From the NCBI GenBank assembly GCA_016865855.1, contig VGNX01000001.1:1060-65059 (forward strand): DNA of 64,000 nt. The letters are read 5' to 3'. The DNA is from Chloroflexota bacterium. GTDB taxonomy: Bacteria > Chloroflexota > Dehalococcoidia > GIF9 > UBA5629. Positions 62,599-64,000 of the stretch are shown here, piece after piece (the stretch's first letter is position 1; each line of letters opens with the position of its first letter). A model generated the notes under the pieces. The model had not been told where the DNA came from and made no database searches. It saw only the letters and a list, made by a program, of their open reading frames with translations. A program made the translations under genes and the position numbers.

Positions 62599-64000
62599 TT
62601 GGACTACGTTAGGATAGCTTTACCCAAGGGAAGACTTCTGCCGGCTACCGCCTGTCTATTGAAAGAGACGGAGCTTGAATTCAAAGACTACACTCAAGGG
62701 ACACGAGCCTATCGGCTCAAATCAACAAAGCTTCCTTATCTTTCAGCCAAGATATTTCAAGAAAAAGACATCCCCATCCAGGTAGCTGTAGGCAATTACG
62801 ATTTGGGCATCTGCAGCCTGGACTGGATTGAAGAGCTTTTGGCTAAGTACCCGGCCAGTGCCTTGATCAAGGTAGCCGACTTGGAATACAGCAAAGGAAA
62901 CCTATATCTAGCCGCCAGCCGCTACAGAAACATATCCAGCCTACAGGAATTGTCAACCGGGCAATATAGCTGGCGAATAGTGACTGAGTATCCCAATTTG
63001 GCAGAGATTGCAGCTTTGAATCTCAGACTGAGGAGGTTCAGGATCTTCCCCGTGTGGGGCGCTGCCGAAGTCTATCCACCGGAAAACGCTGACCTGGCTC
63101 TACTATGGGCAAGAGATGATTCAGAAATAAGGGCACAGAGCTTGTTTCCGCTGAAGACTTTGCTCTCTTCCACTGCCTTTCTTATCGCCAATCAAGAAAG
63201 CTGGCAAGCCAAGAATTTCAGCCAGGTAATAGCCTATTTCAGCCAGGGTCTTGAGATGAAAGCCAAGCCGTGGCTGAAAATCAAGCCAGACGTGGCCAAA
63301 AGCTCCAACAGTTTTCGTCCTGATTTTAATGAGGAAAAGGTTTGGCTGGCTCTTCCCGACGGGCATCAGCAACCCCCAACTTCAGAGTTCCTGAACAAAG
63401 CTGGATTGAAACTACAGGGCTATTCAGAGAACAAGCTAAATCGTCGTCCACGTCTCAATCTGGATTGGGTTAATGTTAAGGTGATCAGACCACAGGATAT
63501 GCCACTCCAGGTAGCCAACGGGAATTTCGACCTGGCTATAACAGGTAAAGACTGGCTCCTTGACCATCTCTGTCGCTTTCCTTCAAGTCCAGTTGTAGAG
63601 CTTGTTGACCTCGGCTTCGGCCAAGTAAAAGTAGTGGCGGTAGTCAGCCAGGACTTACCTGTGGCTAATATCGACCAATTGAAGCAGGTACAAGATGTCA
63701 ATTTATCACCACTTAGAGTCGTTTCAGAATACGTCAATATCGCTGACAAATACCTTCATGACAACCATGTCAGCCGGTATAAACTGATTCCTACCTGGGG
63801 AGCCAGTGAAGCCTTCTTACCTGAAGATGCCGACTTACTTATAGAAAACACTCAGACTGGAAAGACATTGGCCAAGCATAATCTCAAAATCATGGACACA
63901 CTTTTTCAATCCACAGCTTGCCTTATCGGCAACAGGAACAGTGTGGAGTCATTACCCAAAAAAGAGAAAATAGCCTCTCTGGTTGAGAGCTTCCGTCAGG
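62599..64000 (+). CDS. hisG: ATP phosphoribosyltransferase with two tandem HisG-like modules, 3' end cut by window edge
   Basis: I translated from TTG 62599 (GGAGGA at 62590..62595). The frame is open to the window end (more than 467 codons), which is why it is absent from the ORF track. Module 1 reads DYVRIALPKGRLLPAT...VAVGNYDLGIC. Module 2 starts at about 63340 and reads VWLALPDGHQQP...VANGNFDLAITG...DADLLIENTQTGKTLAKHNL. Confidence 0.8.
   Translation, partial: MDYVRIALPKGRLLPATACLLKETELEFKDYTQGTRAYRLKSTKLPYLSAKIFQEKDIPIQVAVGNYDLGICSLDWIEELLAKYPASALIKVADLEYSKGNLYLAASRYRNISSLQELSTGQYSWRIVTEYPNLAEIAALNLRLRRFRIFPVWGAAEVYPPENADLALLWARDDSEIRAQSLFPLKTLLSSTAFLIANQESWQAKNFSQVIAYFSQGLEMKAKPWLKIKPDVAKSSNSFRPDFNEEKVWLALPDGHQQPPTSEFLNKAGLKLQGYSENKLNRRPRLNLDWVNVKVIRPQDMPLQVANGNFDLAITGKDWLLDHLCRFPSSPVVELVDLGFGQVKVVAVVSQDLPVANIDQLKQVQDVNLSPLRVVSEYVNIADKYLHDNHVSRYKLIPTWGASEAFLPEDADLLIENTQTGKTLAKHNLKIMDTLFQSTACLIGNRNSVESLPKKEKIASLVESFRQ

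Noticed and set aside
63121-63749. Minus-strand ORFs 63121..63372 and 63420..63749
   Set aside because: They are antisense to the long open hisG frame, which carries clear HisG motifs. The track shows them only because the true gene lacks a stop within the window.

Overview
This is a gene-dense 64-kb chromosomal window with about 55 protein genes. By eye I found no rRNA, tRNA, CRISPR array, transposase or integrase. The gene content suggests a strict anaerobe: a GH57-based glycogen operon, the siroheme-dependent (Ahb-type) heme pathway, a glycyl-radical enzyme, and a pair resembling 2-hydroxyacyl-CoA dehydratase. The hairpin repeat families recall Chloroflexota/Dehalococcoidia-type metagenome genomes, but that taxonomy is only a guess. 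Gene order, left to right: dehydratase-like pair, two acyl-CoA dehydrogenases, two Cys-rich paralogs around an XRE regulator, mutS, a kamA + two ATP-grasp + GNAT operon, an M50 protease, a lone glycyl-radical enzyme, a two-component/HD-GYP signalling cluster, heme genes (two NirJ-like radical SAM genes, fused siroheme decarboxylase, SirC-like, hemA, hemC), the glycogen operon (GH38, glgC, GH57 branching enzyme, glgA, ROK kinase, two more GH57 genes), MscS, holA, an EncFtn-like ferritin, purD/E/B/C/S, two repeat-rich surface proteins, a sirtuin, birA, SPFH/NfeD, hisZ and hisG. Two genes cut by the window edges are missing from the ORF track and were translated by hand: 1..969 (minus) and 62599..64000 (plus). 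Almost every long intergenic gap holds short hairpin or palindromic repeats, and there is also a 152-154 bp MITE-like element in 4 copies with 14-nt terminal inverted repeats and 6-bp target duplications. The best candidates for undescribed biology are: (i) the translationally coupled kamA + 2x Ddl-like ATP-grasp + GNAT operon; (ii) the MITE family, including a pair bracketing birA and a promoter-like box inside the element; (iii) a hairpin repeat translated in-frame as the linker of the fused siroheme decarboxylase; (iv) a tandem-fused HisG with complementary motif decay; (v) recombination scars around the ACAD pair and the Cys-rich paralogs. All family assignments rest on motif recognition by eye. 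No HMM, BLAST or folding was run.
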